Shown: positions 11,201 to 23,325, counted from the stretch's first letter. The stretch: 64,000 nt of DNA from Nemertoderma westbladi (GCA_032718475.1 JAUCBJ010006774.1:62001-126000), one strand, 5' to 3'. Notes: generated by a model not told the origin, from the sequence alone. A program made the numbers and translations.

Positions 11201-12139
11201 CACTGATGTCAGTGGATAATGATGATCACTTCTGTGTGATTTATGGAAGTAATCAGTTATTTTACTACCATGTGGGTGTAGAGATTTTGGGAGTGCTGAG
11301 GGAGATAGAAGTGTAGGTTGAGAGACTGGTGTTGATGGAGATGTGGAAGCTTGATCAGACATTAGCGTTGATGGAGATGACACCATTTGTTGGGGGAAAA
11401 GTGTCTGTTGAGGCAGTAGTGTTGGCTGATAAAAGGGTTGTGATTTTTGCTGAGGTGTTGGTTGAGATAGGGAAATTGGTTGAGGGGGAGGTGTTTGATG
11501 GGAAGGGAGAATTTGTTGATATGGAGGAGTTGGTTGAGAAATGGATAAGGGATGAGAGGGGTGTGAAAGGAGTGGATGTTGATCAAGGGATAATGAAAGT
11601 TGAGGTGGGACTGTTTGTTGCTGTGAAAGTGTTGATTGAGTAAGTACTACTTGATGGGGAAGGTGTGTTGATGGAGATGGTGGTATTGTTTGAGAAGGGC
11701 GTGTTGGTTGAGAATGTGAAGTTGGTTGAGGGGAGTGTAATGGTTCAGGTGAGGGTGTTTGTTGAGGGTGTTTGATGAGGATCTGTGTTGTTTGGGAAGG
11801 GGATGGGGAAGTCATGTGTTCATTTTCCTTGTAAGAGGCCTCTGTAGTAGAGTCTAAAAGGATTAGTTCAATGTCATGTTCATCTGTCTCTAATCTCGGA
11901 GTTATTATGGAGTTTACTTGTTGGTCTAAGACCTGGTTCAGATTTTCAGATGAATCCAGAGCCGGACTTGGTGTTTTGGTGTTCTTGCATCGCTTCAGGA
12001 ATCTCTCAGCTCTAAGCAGTAAGGCCGCCCGTGTTCCAGAGGATGAAAGGTCATGGTTGGAGAGAAAACACTTCAGTCGTGCAGTGTTCATTTTCCGAAT
12101 GTCTGGGGTCTTCTCCAGACATTCAGACAGTGAATCCAT
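8228..12139 (-). CDS. LINE ORF1, 1303 aa: SAP domain, P/Q/S-rich linker, Ulp1/SENP-like C48 protease, coiled-coil, RRM-like domain, N/Q/H-rich tail
   Basis: SAP-like IRKMNTARLKCFLSNHDLSSSGTRAALLLRA. Ulp1-like LNTLNHNTWVSDSIVDGF...IFFPECRSNHY...IYILDPL...QVNAHDCGPFI. RRM-like YIYISGL...SAKVTI...IWPGN. Confidence 0.9.
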   Translation of the reverse strand: MDSLSECLEKTPDIRKMNTARLKCFLSNHDLSSSGTRAALLLRAERFLKRCKNTKTPSPALDSSENLNQVLDQQVNSIITPRLETDEHDIELILLDSTTEASYKENEHMTSPSPSQTTQILIKHPQQTPSPEPLHSPQPTSHSQPTRPSQTIPPSPSTHLPHQVVLTQSTLSQQQTVPPQLSLSLDQHPLLSHPSHPLSISQPTPPYQQILPSHQTPPPQPISLSQPTPQQKSQPFYQPTLLPQQTLFPQQMVSSPSTLMSDQASTSPSTPVSQPTLLSPSALPKSLHPHGSKITDYFHKSHRSDHHYPLTSVKLALKTECKYIAKVRQTERNDKGISSEMDNASGLKLASHNKVDIVRESIQSVESVAKVKDTKLGNSWDSVIEVYPDSSQAVETRDITLEIKSYLDALNKDCPGIVIPTLQELNTLNHNTWVSDSIVDGFLGLLERNFHQTTAIPCQLTYKLGTPNHDPVSAVKYVARRYISRHLSTPPQIIFFPECRSNHYIMHVADVTSKTIYILDPLAKQTVMPTKVTFAIANLLSQIDEHNKWRKASKRRWTATVNTNSSFAKQVNAHDCGPFICLYAHALSEGLNNILPIHNHSPQLRQWLRECLEMCKITGSELNPISVNKGLMCQQGLSKKRVRSNSLDSIAKSMYSKSKVQAYTDAGDSTTIGSAPLLSTEWPESPLDSSLSAEFHDVRSTEDFISTARRLRIMQNPKSDYAKALSSLGIDMLQYFQSMLLCSIKKFLGSEIGAKVSAIHRRSIDELAMDVVEFSLAAESKSITPSTRKRVNISNMETVGILDLIEKVVNMQIELKLLQHTSDLTATKLKHLEEVVKRRNTETTVGVENTTDQATIDERQQSQPILKKNQSPKLSKYRSKKKRKQLSLAKLGLGHTTDVPSDSDILTIDTKELKESETGGNDSKCNENVPINLSHQVSVPYPASMATVLDSENTWFRPHKTASSKTCTFASKIDEIKTENRFSDLDIELKVSSLLRDQNNMLKELLEFNNSDSKRLIIKDHSQKSSINLRYIYISGLERSCSRNQLIDFCYRQTGIEPIHVWIIGNRGSPKSAKVTILEEHLNIFLDASIWPGNNTKVWEYKQGDRKGEGPRYSTNKHTNQKDYKLSTKSFPPQVLHETRYGFAHDPDRERKNNWHGPPTINNYVSHQVHRGMPLNNFQHYSHSSQWQQGHHPQSLDNIQHNINNRTNLTNNQNVIQQEHFKGHHQFKNNTGQYLSPDQQWHQSRGTPAITSCNSQIHLNQHLLKDSLPKNYNNNGFKSPLKEVSSVQRRVLLETPCYNTNRF

Positions 12140-12389
12140 ATTTTAATGAGATTTAGGGTAAGCCAACAATCATTAGTTATTTGTGATAGCAGATTGAAAT
12201 TATTGACAAATATAGACAATAATTTGGATGGTTTGATTTATTACAGTCATATGAATTATCAATTAAGAATAAGAATGAGAATGAATGATAGGAGAACAGT
12301 TACTAATATGATATATAGAGAACGGACTTGCAATTCGGTAGGATTGTGATATGAATGAGCAGTTAATGAGTTTAGTGTAAACAGACCGG

Positions 12390-12700
12390 CGTTCAAATAC
12401 TAACCACGTTGCTATAGAAACGCGTCCTCCTTTGCAACTGGAGGTCACTATTGAGTGGAGTACGACGGAAGGCCGTCGTATTCGGTAGGGTTGTGTATTG
12501 TGATCCTGTAGATGAGGTGGCGTGGGGTCCAGGGCGACTAAGCTTGGGCTCGCTCGAGTTGGCGGGTGGAAGCCCGGAAGGGACTCTATGGGAGAACGCT
12601 CGGTTGGCTCGTATACCGATAGGGAGGTCGGTATTCCCACGTCGCGGTTGCAATAAATCCCGGAAATTAGATGAAGGACCATCCGGTTCGGGTTACGAAA
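12390..12700 (-). promoter_or_regulatory. GC/CpG-rich 5' UTR of the LINE, candidate internal Pol II promoter
   Basis: Abrupt GC/CpG enrichment just upstream of ORF1 in AT-rich surroundings. Promoter function is inferred from general LINE biology. Confidence 0.4.
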
Positions 12701-13249
12701 ATCTAAATTTATTTTATGTGGGCCAATACTCATGCAGGCAGTCTGGCAGTCAGTATAAGCAGTCAATGTAGGACTGTAGGCTGCAGTGCTGTAAGGTTTA
12801 CAATAGCCAGCTCATGCAGTTACAATCAGTCGAATTACGACACTATATTCTGGGACATGGTGTAATATTTGATAAAAAAAATTGAAAGTGTAATATTTTT
12901 TGTTCATGACCTGCCCTGTACATGTAAATGGTGTCTACCCCCACTAAACCGATGATTGCGGTTCTAATGATCCTAACAAGACCTTCATACGACAATAAAA
13001 AATGGCAAAACAAAATAACCGCCCTTTCGCGAAAGAACCGGCCCCTTCGGTAGACTGAGCAAACATAAACATGAGTTGGGGGACCTCTAAACTATCTTCA
13101 AAAGGAGGAGCAACACATTATTGGGTGAGAGTGAAGAAATTCAAAATATTTGTTTTTTTGGGACAGTCTAATGAGTATACCAGAATACCATAAACAATAT
13201 ACAATGATACATAACAATGAACAATGTACAGTGGGTGGTATTAATGAAT

Positions 13250-13500
13250 ACTTAAAAAGCTGTTCATTAACTTCTGCCACGAACTCACGTCCCTGATCTG
13301 ACATCACGATCTCCGCCACCCCGTAGCGAGTCAACAATTCGTACAGAATTCCGCAACGCGAGTCTTTTACAGGAAGAGCCTTGGCTTCGGGTCATTTAGT
13401 AAAGTAGTCCGTACATGTCATTATATACGCAATTCCCTTCAGCGTCAACGGTAGCGGCCCTATTAAATCGATTCCAATTCGAGACCAAGTCTGGCTCTTA
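13250..13500 (-). pseudogene. Gypsy/Ginger-type integrase core relic
   Basis: Minus strand reads WSRIGIDLIGPLP...YIMTCTDYFTK*PEA, then RYGVAEIVMSDQGREFV (first two DDE motifs), with a stop in place of the conserved Trp. Confidence 0.85.
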
Positions 13501-14797
13501 ACTTAATTAAGAGCAAGGTTCGATTTCAGTTTAGTTACACAAGATAGCCCACGAATGCCCATATAGGGCCGCGAATGCCGCAATAAATTCATCCCTCTCC
13601 AGGGGAAATTCGATGCAAATAACAGTTGATTATTCTCAAAAATAAAACTGTAACCTGTTATATTGTGCTTAGTTTATTGTTTTGGTTAAAATAACGTGCC
13701 ACTGTAACCTGCTCCTTTCCCTAAATTGAGAATTTAACATTGAGGCGGGATATTAATTCGCAGCCCTACCGTTACCGTTACTGCTGCACTGTCTGACTGT
13801 CAGCTCATGACTTAGTACCGGTATCTTAATTCTGAATCTTATCTTAATTCTTTGCAGTTGGGGTGGGGCATTTGGCTTGGCGCGGAAGGGGGTCATTACC
13901 GGTACGCGCTAGGCGAGTATACCCGGGGGGTCATTACGCGCTAGGCGATTACGCCCGGGGGGGGGGGGGGGGGGGGGCGTATTCTACAGTTCTACAGGGG
14001 GGCAATTTCGACTGGGACACCGGACACCGGTACATGATTTCCAAATACAATACTGCAATATAGGCAGTAGCTGAGTACCAAATAGTTTATCTTATAGCGG
14101 CGTGTACGTAGTGTAGTGTACGTGTAGTGTAGTGTAGTGTAGTGTACGGTAATACTGTACTGTACTGTACTGTCTGACTGTAATATCTTCGTTATTTATT
14201 AAAGTTTTGAAACTTCCTGGGGCCGTCCCGTTTGCCGTTGAGATTCCGGGATTCAGATTATAATCTGAAAGTGATAATGTAGAAATAGATATTGTGGAAT
14301 TGTGGATACATTATACCCTATTACAGTACCAGTATTATTCTACATTATACAGTTATATCCACCACCACCATCGCACCATCCTGCCATCCAACCATATATA
14401 ATAAGAATAACTAACGACAAGTTTAATTCATTAGGCTAGGCATATGCCAGTATGCTATATATGGCTAGGCCTTGTACCGGTAGTTAAACTGTAAAATATT
14501 CACTGTGGAGATAAAGTACCGGTATTACTTTTTTTCCTTAATGATACAGAAATAATTCCTTATCACATGACCTGACTGCCTGATCACTATCATCAACCTA
14601 TTCATTATATGCATCACATTGTATCACAGTATTGGTATTTATTTCGAAAAGAAACATCAGCCAGTTAAGGCTATTACAGTATTAGTTCACTGCATTATCA
14701 TTCTGTCATTATTAGGATTACCTGTTATATTAGTACTGTACCAGTAGGTAATATCGTACTTGTAATTAATTTTCTTACAAAAATTAAACGATTAAAT

Positions 14798-16393
14798 ATG
14801 GAGTTCTTAAGATCGTTTTACTTATTATTTATCTTGGTGGTCTATGTTTCTATGGAGGGACATTGTCACTCCCATAGTCATTCACATGGTGGACACGCCC
14901 ATTCACATGGTGGTCATGCCCATTCACATGGTGGTCATGCCCATTCACATGGCGACTCTAGTCAGGATAGTCACCTGGATCACCACCATGAAGAACCGGT
15001 TAATCTCCGAGCCGCGGCTAAGAAGTATTCCAGGGAGTTGAACGTCCCCTTGGAACCAACAGCGGATCCATTAGTAATGGAACAAGAGCCTGTGGTTGAA
15101 TCTGAGGAGGATGGGGATAAGTCAGGGGGGGATAAACGACATATAGAAACAAATAAACCTGAGTATGGCGGGAATGATCACGGACACCAAGATGAGCCAC
15201 ATGGTCACTCACATGATCCACATGGCCACTCACATGAGGCACATGGTCACTCACATGAGGCACATGGTCACTCACATGAGGCACATGGTCACTCACATGA
15301 GCCACATGGCCACTCACATGAGGCACATGGTCACTCACATGAGGCACATGGTCACTCACACGATAGCCACCCAGACATACACACTTACCACGGTGACAGC
15401 CACACCCACCATAAAATTCCCCGTGACCTCTCCGATATATGGGTCCACGCGATGCTGTCAACCTTAGCGATCAGCATCGCTCCTTTCATTATTCTCTTCC
15501 TGATTCCGATCGACGCGAACACTGAGGAAAGTCTTCCCTTCCTAAAGGTTCTCCTTAGTTTCGCGTCGGGGGGGTTACTGGGTGACGCGTTTCTCCACCT
15601 AATCCCCCATGCTCTGATGGAGAACGGGGGCCATTCTCATTCACACGGCCCATCCCACCAACCCCACGGGGAGGCGGAGCCGCACCAACCCCACGACCTA
15701 TCTGTGGGTCTCTGGGTTCTAGCCGGGATTGTGTCCTTTCTTATCATCGAGAAGTTTGTTCGGTACGCCAAGGGAGGCCATGGCCATTCCCACGCAAAAC
15801 CCACGGAAAACCATGGGAAATCTACAGAGAACCACGGTAAATCTACAGAGAACCACGGTAAAGCGACAAGGAGCCCCGGTAAACAGACGGACACGAAACT
15901 AAACGGAACCCCGACCAAGCAGCCAGTGGCCCCGGCCCACGAGGTTAAGGTGGCGGGTTTCCTCAACCTGGTTGCCGACTTCGCCCATAACTTCACGGAC
16001 GGACTCGCTGTGGGTGCTAGTTACCTCGCCGGGGACGCCGTCGGTATGGTCACCACGGTAACCATCCTCTTCCACGAGGTCCCCCACGAGATCGGGGACT
16101 TCGCCATCCTCGTGCAATCCGGATTCACTAAGCGGCGCGCCATGGCCATGCAGTTAGTGACCGCTGTGGGCGCGCTGGCCGGCACCGCTACGGGACTCCT
16201 GGCCGAATCCTTCCAGACGACCTCGGCCTCCCATTGGGTGCTCCCCTTCACCGCGGGTGGCTTCATCTACATAGCGACGGTCTCAGTGATACCCGAACTG
16301 CTTGACGACGGTAAACCTTGGCAGAGTTTCAAAGAGATATTGGCGATGGGAGTCGGGGTGGCCATGATGGTGGTTATCGCGTTCTACGAATGA
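14798..16393 (+). CDS. SLC39A7: ZIP7/Catsup (LIV-1 subfamily) ER zinc transporter, single-exon CDS
   Basis: Signal peptide; His-rich N-terminus; [75 protein letters not shown]; AATAAA at ~16490. Confidence 0.95.
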   Translation: MEFLRSFYLLFILVVYVSMEGHCHSHSHSHGGHAHSHGGHAHSHGGHAHSHGDSSQDSHLDHHHEEPVNLRAAAKKYSRELNVPLEPTADPLVMEQEPVVESEEDGDKSGGDKRHIETNKPEYGGNDHGHQDEPHGHSHDPHGHSHEAHGHSHEAHGHSHEAHGHSHEPHGHSHEAHGHSHEAHGHSHDSHPDIHTYHGDSHTHHKIPRDLSDIWVHAMLSTLAISIAPFIILFLIPIDANTEESLPFLKVLLSFASGGLLGDAFLHLIPHALMENGGHSHSHGPSHQPHGEAEPHQPHDLSVGLWVLAGIVSFLIIEKFVRYAKGGHGHSHAKPTENHGKSTENHGKSTENHGKATRSPGKQTDTKLNGTPTKQPVAPAHEVKVAGFLNLVADFAHNFTDGLAVGASYLAGDAVGMVTTVTILFHEVPHEIGDFAILVQSGFTKRRAMAMQLVTAVGALAGTATGLLAESFQTTSASHWVLPFTAGGFIYIATVSVIPELLDDGKPWQSFKEILAMGVGVAMMVVIAFYE

Positions 16394-17350
16394 TACTCCC
16401 TGAGTATCTACAATAGCTATGGTGCAGTGGAACTATATATATATTATTATCTATTTATCTACGCAATTTAATTTGTGCCGCTTTATTATAATAAATTCAT
16501 TCTAACTAGTTAAATACCAAAAACATTCTGAGTTTTATTTCAATTTATGTAAATAAATATATAAAGTTTGACAAAATCGGCTACAGAAAGATTTATAACA
16601 CTAAAATAGAAGGAAGACCTCCCATCCCTCAGTATAAGAGCCTCTCGTCTCTCTGAGAGTCTCATTTACTGAATCAAAGTAAAGCAACACTAACTGGGAT
16701 CTATAACATTTGGTGTCTCAAACTTATAAACTAATGATTTAATGTTTTCTGTAACAATTATCCTTCCTGCACAAATATTATAATAAATTGATGTACAAGT
16801 AAATCTCCCTTTTATTATCAGTACAGAACTCACAGAGGATATATAAAAAGGGGGATTAGTTTATTGTTGTTTTGGTTAGAAACACTGTAACCTGTTCCCT
16901 TCCTCTAATAGCCCCAGTTGCATTCCTGTCTTATTTTAGATTTGTTTTTGTCTGATCTGGATTATAATTAGTTATATTGTTAATCTTAGTAACGAAATAA
17001 TATTAAATAAAATTATTTAGTAATTAATTCGATTTGATTACGAATTTTGAGTTAATTTTAATTTTAATTGTCATAAAATCGTGTAATAATTCCAGCCAGT
17101 AGTAAAACTTTTATTTAATAAACTACTAGAGCCACCTATTAAACAAACCGTCCCAAAGATCAATATTATATTATATTGGGTTTAGGTTTTATAGGTAAAG
17201 AATTCTAGTGATCGTTTAACTTTTTAAGTTTACCTTTCATAGTTTAAATAAATATATGTAAGCAATTGCTAATATAGTTTATTTCATCCAAAATCCTTAT
17301 TACATTACATTTTATTATCGGGAATTACATTTATTTCTTTACAGGTGCAG

Positions 17351-19295
17351 TTTTAGCCGTGGCCATCTGGCTAATCTGTTTTAGCCCTGGCCTTTCTGGC
17401 TAATCTGTTTTAGCCTTGGCCTTTCTGGCTATTCTGTTTTAGCCTTGGCCTTTCTGGCTATTCTGTTTTAGCCTTGGCCTTTCTGGTTAATCTGTGTTAG
17501 CCGTGGCCTTTCTGGCTATTCTGTTTTAGCCTTGGCCTTTCTAGCTATTCTGTTTTAGCCTTGGCCTTTCTGGCTATTCTGTTTTAGCCTTGGCCTTTCT
17601 GGCTAATCTGTTTTATCCTTGGCCTTTCTGGCTATTCTGTTTTAGCCTTGGCCTTTCTGGCTATTCTGTTTTAGCCTTGGCCTTTCTGGCTATTCTGTTT
17701 TAGCCTTGGCCTTTCTGGCTATTCTGTTTTAGCCTTGGCCTTTCTGACTATTCTGTTTTAGCCTTGGCCTTTCTGGCTAATCTGTTTTAGCCTTGGCCTT
17801 TCTGGCTATTCTGTTTTAGCCTTGGCCTTTCTGGCTATTCTGTTTTAGCCTTGGCCTTTCTGGCTATTCTGTTTTAGCCCTGGCCTTTCTGGCTAATCTG
17901 TTTTAGCCGTGGCCTTTCTGGCTGTTCTGTTTTAGCCTTGGCCTTTCTGGCTATTCTGTTTTAGCCTTGGCCTTTCTGGCTATTCTGTTTTAGCCTTGGC
18001 CTTTCTGGATATTCTGTTTTAGCCTTGGCCTTTCTGGCTATTCTGTTTTAGCCCTGGCCTTTCTGGCTAATCTGTTTTAGCCGTGGCCTTTCTGGCTATT
18101 CTGTTTTAGCCTTGGCCTTTCTGGCTATTCTGTTTTAGCCTTGGCCTTTCTGGCTATTCTGTTTTAGCCTTGGCGTTTCTGGCTATTATGTTTTAGCCTT
18201 GGCCTTTCTGGCTAATCTGTTTTAGCCCTGGCCTTTCTGGCTATTCTGTTTTAGCCCTGGCCTTTCTGGCTATTCTGTTTTAGCCTTGGCCTTTCTGGCT
18301 ATTCTGTTTTAGCCCTGGCCTTCCTGGCTAATCTGTTTTAGCCGTGGCCTTTCTGGCTGTTCTGTTTTAGCCTTGGCCTTTATGGCTATTCTGTTTTAGC
18401 CTTGGCCTTTCTGGCTATTCTGTTTTAGCCTTGGCCTTTCTGGCTATTCTGTTTTAGCCCTGGACTTTCTGGTTAATCTGTTTTAGCCGTGGCCTTTCTG
18501 GCTATTCTGTTTTAGCCTTGGCCTTTCTGGCTATTCTGTTTTAGCCTTGGCCTTTCTGGCTATTCTGTTTTAGCCTTGGCCTTTCTGGCTAATCTGTTTT
18601 AGCCTTGGCCTTTCTGGCTATTCTGTTTTAGCCTTGGCCTTTCTGGCTATTCTGTTTTAGCCTTGGCCTTTCTGGTTATTCTGTTTTAGCCTTGGCCTTT
18701 CTGGCTATTCTGTTTTAGCCTTGGCCTTTCTGGCTATTCTGTTTTAGCCTTGGCCTTTCTGGCTAATCTGTTTTAGCCTTGGCCTTTCTGGCTATTCTGT
18801 TTTAGCCTTGGCCTTTCTGGCTATTCTGTTTTAGCCTTGGCCTTTCTGGCTATTCTGTTTTAGCCCTGGCCTTTCTGGCTAATCTGTTTTAGCCGTGGCC
18901 TTTCTGGCTGTTCTGTTTTAGCCTTGGCCTTTCTGGCTATTCTGTTTTAGCCTTGGCCTTTCTGGCTATTCTGTTTTAGCCTTGGCCTTTCTGGCTATTC
19001 TGTTTTAGCCTTGGCCTTTCTGGCTATTCTGTTTTAGCCCTGGCCTTTCTGGCTAATCTGTTTTAGCCGTGGCCTTTCTGGCTATTCTGTTTTAGCCTTG
19101 GCCTTTCTGGCTATTCTGTTTTAGCCTTGGCCTTTCTGGCTATTCTGTTTTAGCCTTGGCCTTTCTGGCTATTCTGTTTTAGCCTTGGCGTTTCTGGCTA
19201 TTATGTTTTAGCCTTGGCCTTTATGGCTAATCTGTTTTAGCCTTGGCCTTTCTGGCTATTCTGTTTTAGCCTTTGCCTTTCTGGCTATTCTGTTT
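17351..19295. repeat. 29-bp minisatellite, about 67 copies
   Basis: Unit TTTTAGCCTTGGCCTTTCTGGCTATTCTG with recurrent variants (CCCTGG/CCGTGG, CTAATC). Confidence 0.97.
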
Positions 19296-21926
19296 TTAAT
19301 TAATATATTCTAATTGTTTTATCTGCTTATATAATCAGTGTTAGCCTTTGAGTCATCGAATGTCTATAATTATTTATTATCTTTCTTTTACGATGTTATT
19401 TATATCTCTTATAGATTTTAAACCATTTCGACATCAATATTAATCAAAATCCCTCCACCGCAGAATGTTGATTCTCATTTTCACTCCTAATTTTCACTTT
19501 ATTTCATTCAATTACATAAATCGAATAGATATTAATTTGATATTTAAAGATATCGCGCCACTAACTCATAATCACTTCCGCTGAGATTTATTTGTGTTTT
19601 ATATATTTGAACGCTCTACTGCGTGGCTCGCCCCACATAAAAACAACTTGTTTATAATTATATCACAACCGAATAAATTTATTAAATCAACTTATTTTCT
19701 ATATATATAGTAAATTGTGGTAATTCGTTATTATTATATAATTATTTATGGTTTTCTTGTACTTATTATAATTTGGTGTGGTTGTTTGTTGCTTTGTGAA
19801 AGTTTGTGGATTAAATAGCGAAGTTTATAATGTTGTTTATTCATGTCGATTTATATGTGTAAGCTGAGTAAATACGGTAAAAACGGATGTAAAAACTATT
19901 ATATTATTATTGATTACGCGGTGACCCATTAGTCAAGTAAATCTAGAAAGAAAGAAAGGGTAACCCAAAACTAATTAGCGAATTATCAGGTAAGTTTATT
20001 AATTGCCAATTGGGGCGGCGTTTATTCGAGGGGGGCGTTTATTCTGGGAAGGCGTTTAGGTTACAAATTGTGTGGTTCGAATATTCTAGATTTTTAGTAT
20101 TTTGAATCTATATACCCTAATAAAGAATGTTGTTAAACAGACTGACAGACGGACACGACATTTGGCCCTACATATTAATGATAGTTGTTTATCGCAGTAA
20201 TTGTGTATCTATGGGCATCGCTCACAAATCGTGGCTCGCCCCACATTGTATTATTATTAAACGCCGCCCCAGTGTAGCGTTGTAGCGTTACAGATATGGA
20301 CGTTTATGCTTTCTATATTGACTTTGTTAAACATAAATGCTTCCCAAATGAGATTGCCTTGTCCTTTGTATGTGATATTTGGCCTATATATGTTAGAAAC
20401 CCTGTAGATTCTAAATATATCAAAACTGTAAACCTACAGTTACTACTTCAGATTCTAGACGTAAATGTTACAGATGTGACATAAAAAATGAAAATTCCAT
20501 ACCCATTTTATGTCTCGATCTCAAATGGTTCAATATGAATATTATGGCCTGAAATATATCGGAAAAGAAAGCAAAACATCTAAGCTTCCCAACAATATAT
20601 AGGTTTCCTATATATTTGCCACTTGGGGTGATAAAATTTACAGTTGTTTGTGGTCTTGTCATGTAAGGGACAACTGATTTTCACGATATTTCAGTCTTTG
20701 ATGGGGCATATTTTTTGACTGCCTTAACAGATTTTCATAATTTTTTATGCGTAAGCTGCGCAAATAAATTAGCTACAGAATAATATATAACTTTATTACA
20801 TTCGAATAAATTAAAGCATTTAAAATTATATCTTAACTTCCGGACAAACCATTGGCCACTTTTAAGCTTATTGACCCCGGGGCGTTTATTCGGGGAAGGC
20901 GTTTATTCGGGAAGGCGTTTATACGGGGAGACGTTTCAGTTGCTAATTTAAAGGTAAATTAATTCGGGGGGGGGGGGGGTAATTTGTGTAAATGTGTAAA
21001 ATCATTCGAGATCGATAACACAACTATCGGTTTTGGTGCTTGTCTGATGGGACGAAAAATACAAGTAGCATAAAATTTCAAACGTCAAAAAATGTAATTC
21101 GGTTTAATAATACGATATTCTCGAGTGTCATATTCGTGAACAGCATCGCAGAAAACCCATAAATATCATAAAATCAGATTGATTTGGTAATGATTTTTGA
21201 TTATCAAATTTGTGCTACTTGTACAGTATTTTTCGTGCCACACATTGGCACATATCCAAAAATTATCTAATCAACAACGTACGATATATTTCAATGTCAT
21301 ACGGTACTGTATTCGTGATCATCGTCCCAAAAACCCATAAAGATCATAAAATCAGTTTTACTTCGTGATGGTTTTCATTGTCATATTTGCAGAACTTGGT
21401 TTTTCTCTTTCCCCAGGGTGCACGTTCAAAATTTATAAACGAATGTTATATTTTAGTTCTATATACGTGATCAGCAACCAAAAAACCACTATATACCGCA
21501 AATAAATTTGCTATTTTAGTGAGCCTTAAAAACTTTTGACAATTTTTGCATGAACAATACTCGAGATGGGTGCCAGAAAGGGACCACAGCACGAAAACTA
21601 ACATCAGTAGCAATATATTTGGCGTTTGCGCGGTGGGATAGCCCATTGAATTTTGGGAAAAGTCAGAAAATTTATGTTTCCAAACAAATCTGGCATAAAG
21701 ATACAGATGAATTACAAAAAAATATTTAAAATGACCCCCCCCCCCCCCCCGGGCCAAATACTGTAAGGTTAAGAATTAAAGTTAAGTAAAAGGAATCCGC
21801 GATCACCATTGTATTCTTTCAATTCTATCATTTGTATCAAATAAATTCGTCTGTCCCTTTATAAAAGATCTTCGTAAGCTTTGGCTTGGATGGTTAGCAG
21901 GACTTGGTAGCTAAATGCGACTGCAT

Positions 21927-23325
21927 GCGCGAGTGGGGCCCCCCAAGTGTGCAGGCGGAGTGAGACGGCGTCTTCAATGCGCGAGTGGGGCCTCGCAAGT
22001 GTGCAGGCGGAGTGAGACGGCGTCTTCAATGCGCGAGTGGGGCCTCGCAAGTGTGCAGGCGGAGTGAGACGGCGTCTTCAATGCGCGAGTGGGGCCTCGC
22101 AAGTGTGCAGGCGGAGTGAGACGGCGTCTTCAATGCGCGAGTGGGGCCTCGCAAGTGTGCAGGCGGAGTGAGACGGCGTCTTCAATGCGCGAGTGGGGCC
22201 TCGCAAGTGTGCAGGCGGAGTGAGACGGCGTCTTCAATGCGCGAGTGGGGCCTCGCAAGTGTGCAGGCGGAGTGAGACGGCGTCTTCAATGCGCAGGCGC
22301 AGTGAGACGGCGTCTTCAATGCGCGAGTGGGGCCTCGCAAGTGTGCAGGCGGAGTGAGACGGCGTCTTCAATGCGCGAGTGGGGCCCTGCAAGTGTGCAG
22401 GCGGAGTGAGACGGCGTCTTCAATGCGCGAGTGGGGCCCCGCAAGTGTGCAGACGGAGTGAGACGGCGTCTTCAATGCGCGAGTGGGGCCCTGCAAGTGT
22501 GCAGGCGGAGTGAGACGGCGTCTTCAATGCGCGAGTGGGGCCCCGCAAGTGTGCAGACGGAGTGAGACGGCGTCTTCAATGCGCGAGTGGGGCCTCGCAA
22601 GTGTGCAGGCGGAGTGAGACGGCGTCTTCAATGCGCAGGCGCAGTGAGACGGCGTCTTCAATGCGCGAGTGGGGCCTCGCAAGTGTGCAGGCGGAGTGAG
22701 ACGGCGTCTTCAATGCGCGAGTGGGGACCCGCAAGTGTGCAGGCGGAGTGAGACGGCGTCTTCAATGCGCGAGTGGGGCCTAGCAAGTATGCAGATGGAG
22801 TGAGATGGCGTCTTCAATGCGCGAGTGGGGCCCCGCGAGTGTGCAGGCGGAGTGAGACGGCGTCTTCAATGCGCAGGCGCAGTGAGACGGCGTCTTCAAT
22901 GCGCAGGCGCAGTGAGACGGCGTCTTCAATGCGCAGGCGCAGTGAGACGGCGTCTTCAATGCGCGAGTGGGGCCCCGCAAGTGTGCAGACGGAGTGAGAC
23001 GGCGTCTTCAATGCGCGAGTGGGGCCCTGCAAGTGTGCAGGCGGAGTGAGACGGCGTCTTCAATGCGCGAGTGGGGCCCCGCAAGTGTGCAGACGGAGTG
23101 AGACGGCGTCTTCAATGCGCGAGTGGGGCCTCGCAAGTGTGCAGGCGGAGTGAGACGGCGTCTTCAATGCGCGAGTGGGGCCCCGCAAGTGTGCAGGCGG
23201 AGTGAAACCGCGTCTTCAATGCGCGAGTGGGGCCTCGCAAGTGTGCAGGCAGAGTGAGACGGCGTCTTCAATGCGCGAGTGGGGCCTCGCAAGTGTGCAG
23301 GCAGAGTGAGACGGCATCTTCAATC
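21927..23325. repeat. GC-rich 52-bp tandem repeat with interspersed 30-bp deletion units
   Basis: Unit GCGCGAGTGGGGCCTCGCAAGTGTGCAGGCGGAGTGAGACGGCGTCTTCAAT; short unit GCGCAGGCGCAGTGAGACGGCGTCTTCAAT. Confidence 0.96.

Larger units (their letters stand above)
4453..12800 (-). mobile_element. Apparently full-length two-ORF APE-type non-LTR retrotransposon; 5' end approximate
   Basis: ORF1 12139-8228; ORF2 (APE+RT) ending 5014; AT-rich 3' UTR ending in a short (TTGAAA)n tail at ~4453-4470; CpG-rich 5' UTR ~12390-12700. No TSD identified. Confidence 0.88.
3270..12862. mobile_element. Tc1/mariner-like non-autonomous TIR element expanded by nested LINE insertions
   Basis: Left TIR CACCATGTCCCGTAATATAGTGTC (3270-3293); right TIR 12839-12862 reverse-complements to CACCATGTCCCAGAATATAGTGTC (22/24). 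Both are flanked by TA. Imperfect subterminal inverted arms at ~3355-3420 and ~4337-4402. Confidence 0.7.

Noticed and set aside
19860-20960. GGCGTTTATTC repeats and an AAATACGGTA end suggesting a pogo/Tc1-type MITE
   Set aside because: No matching opposite TIR found; boundaries unsupported.
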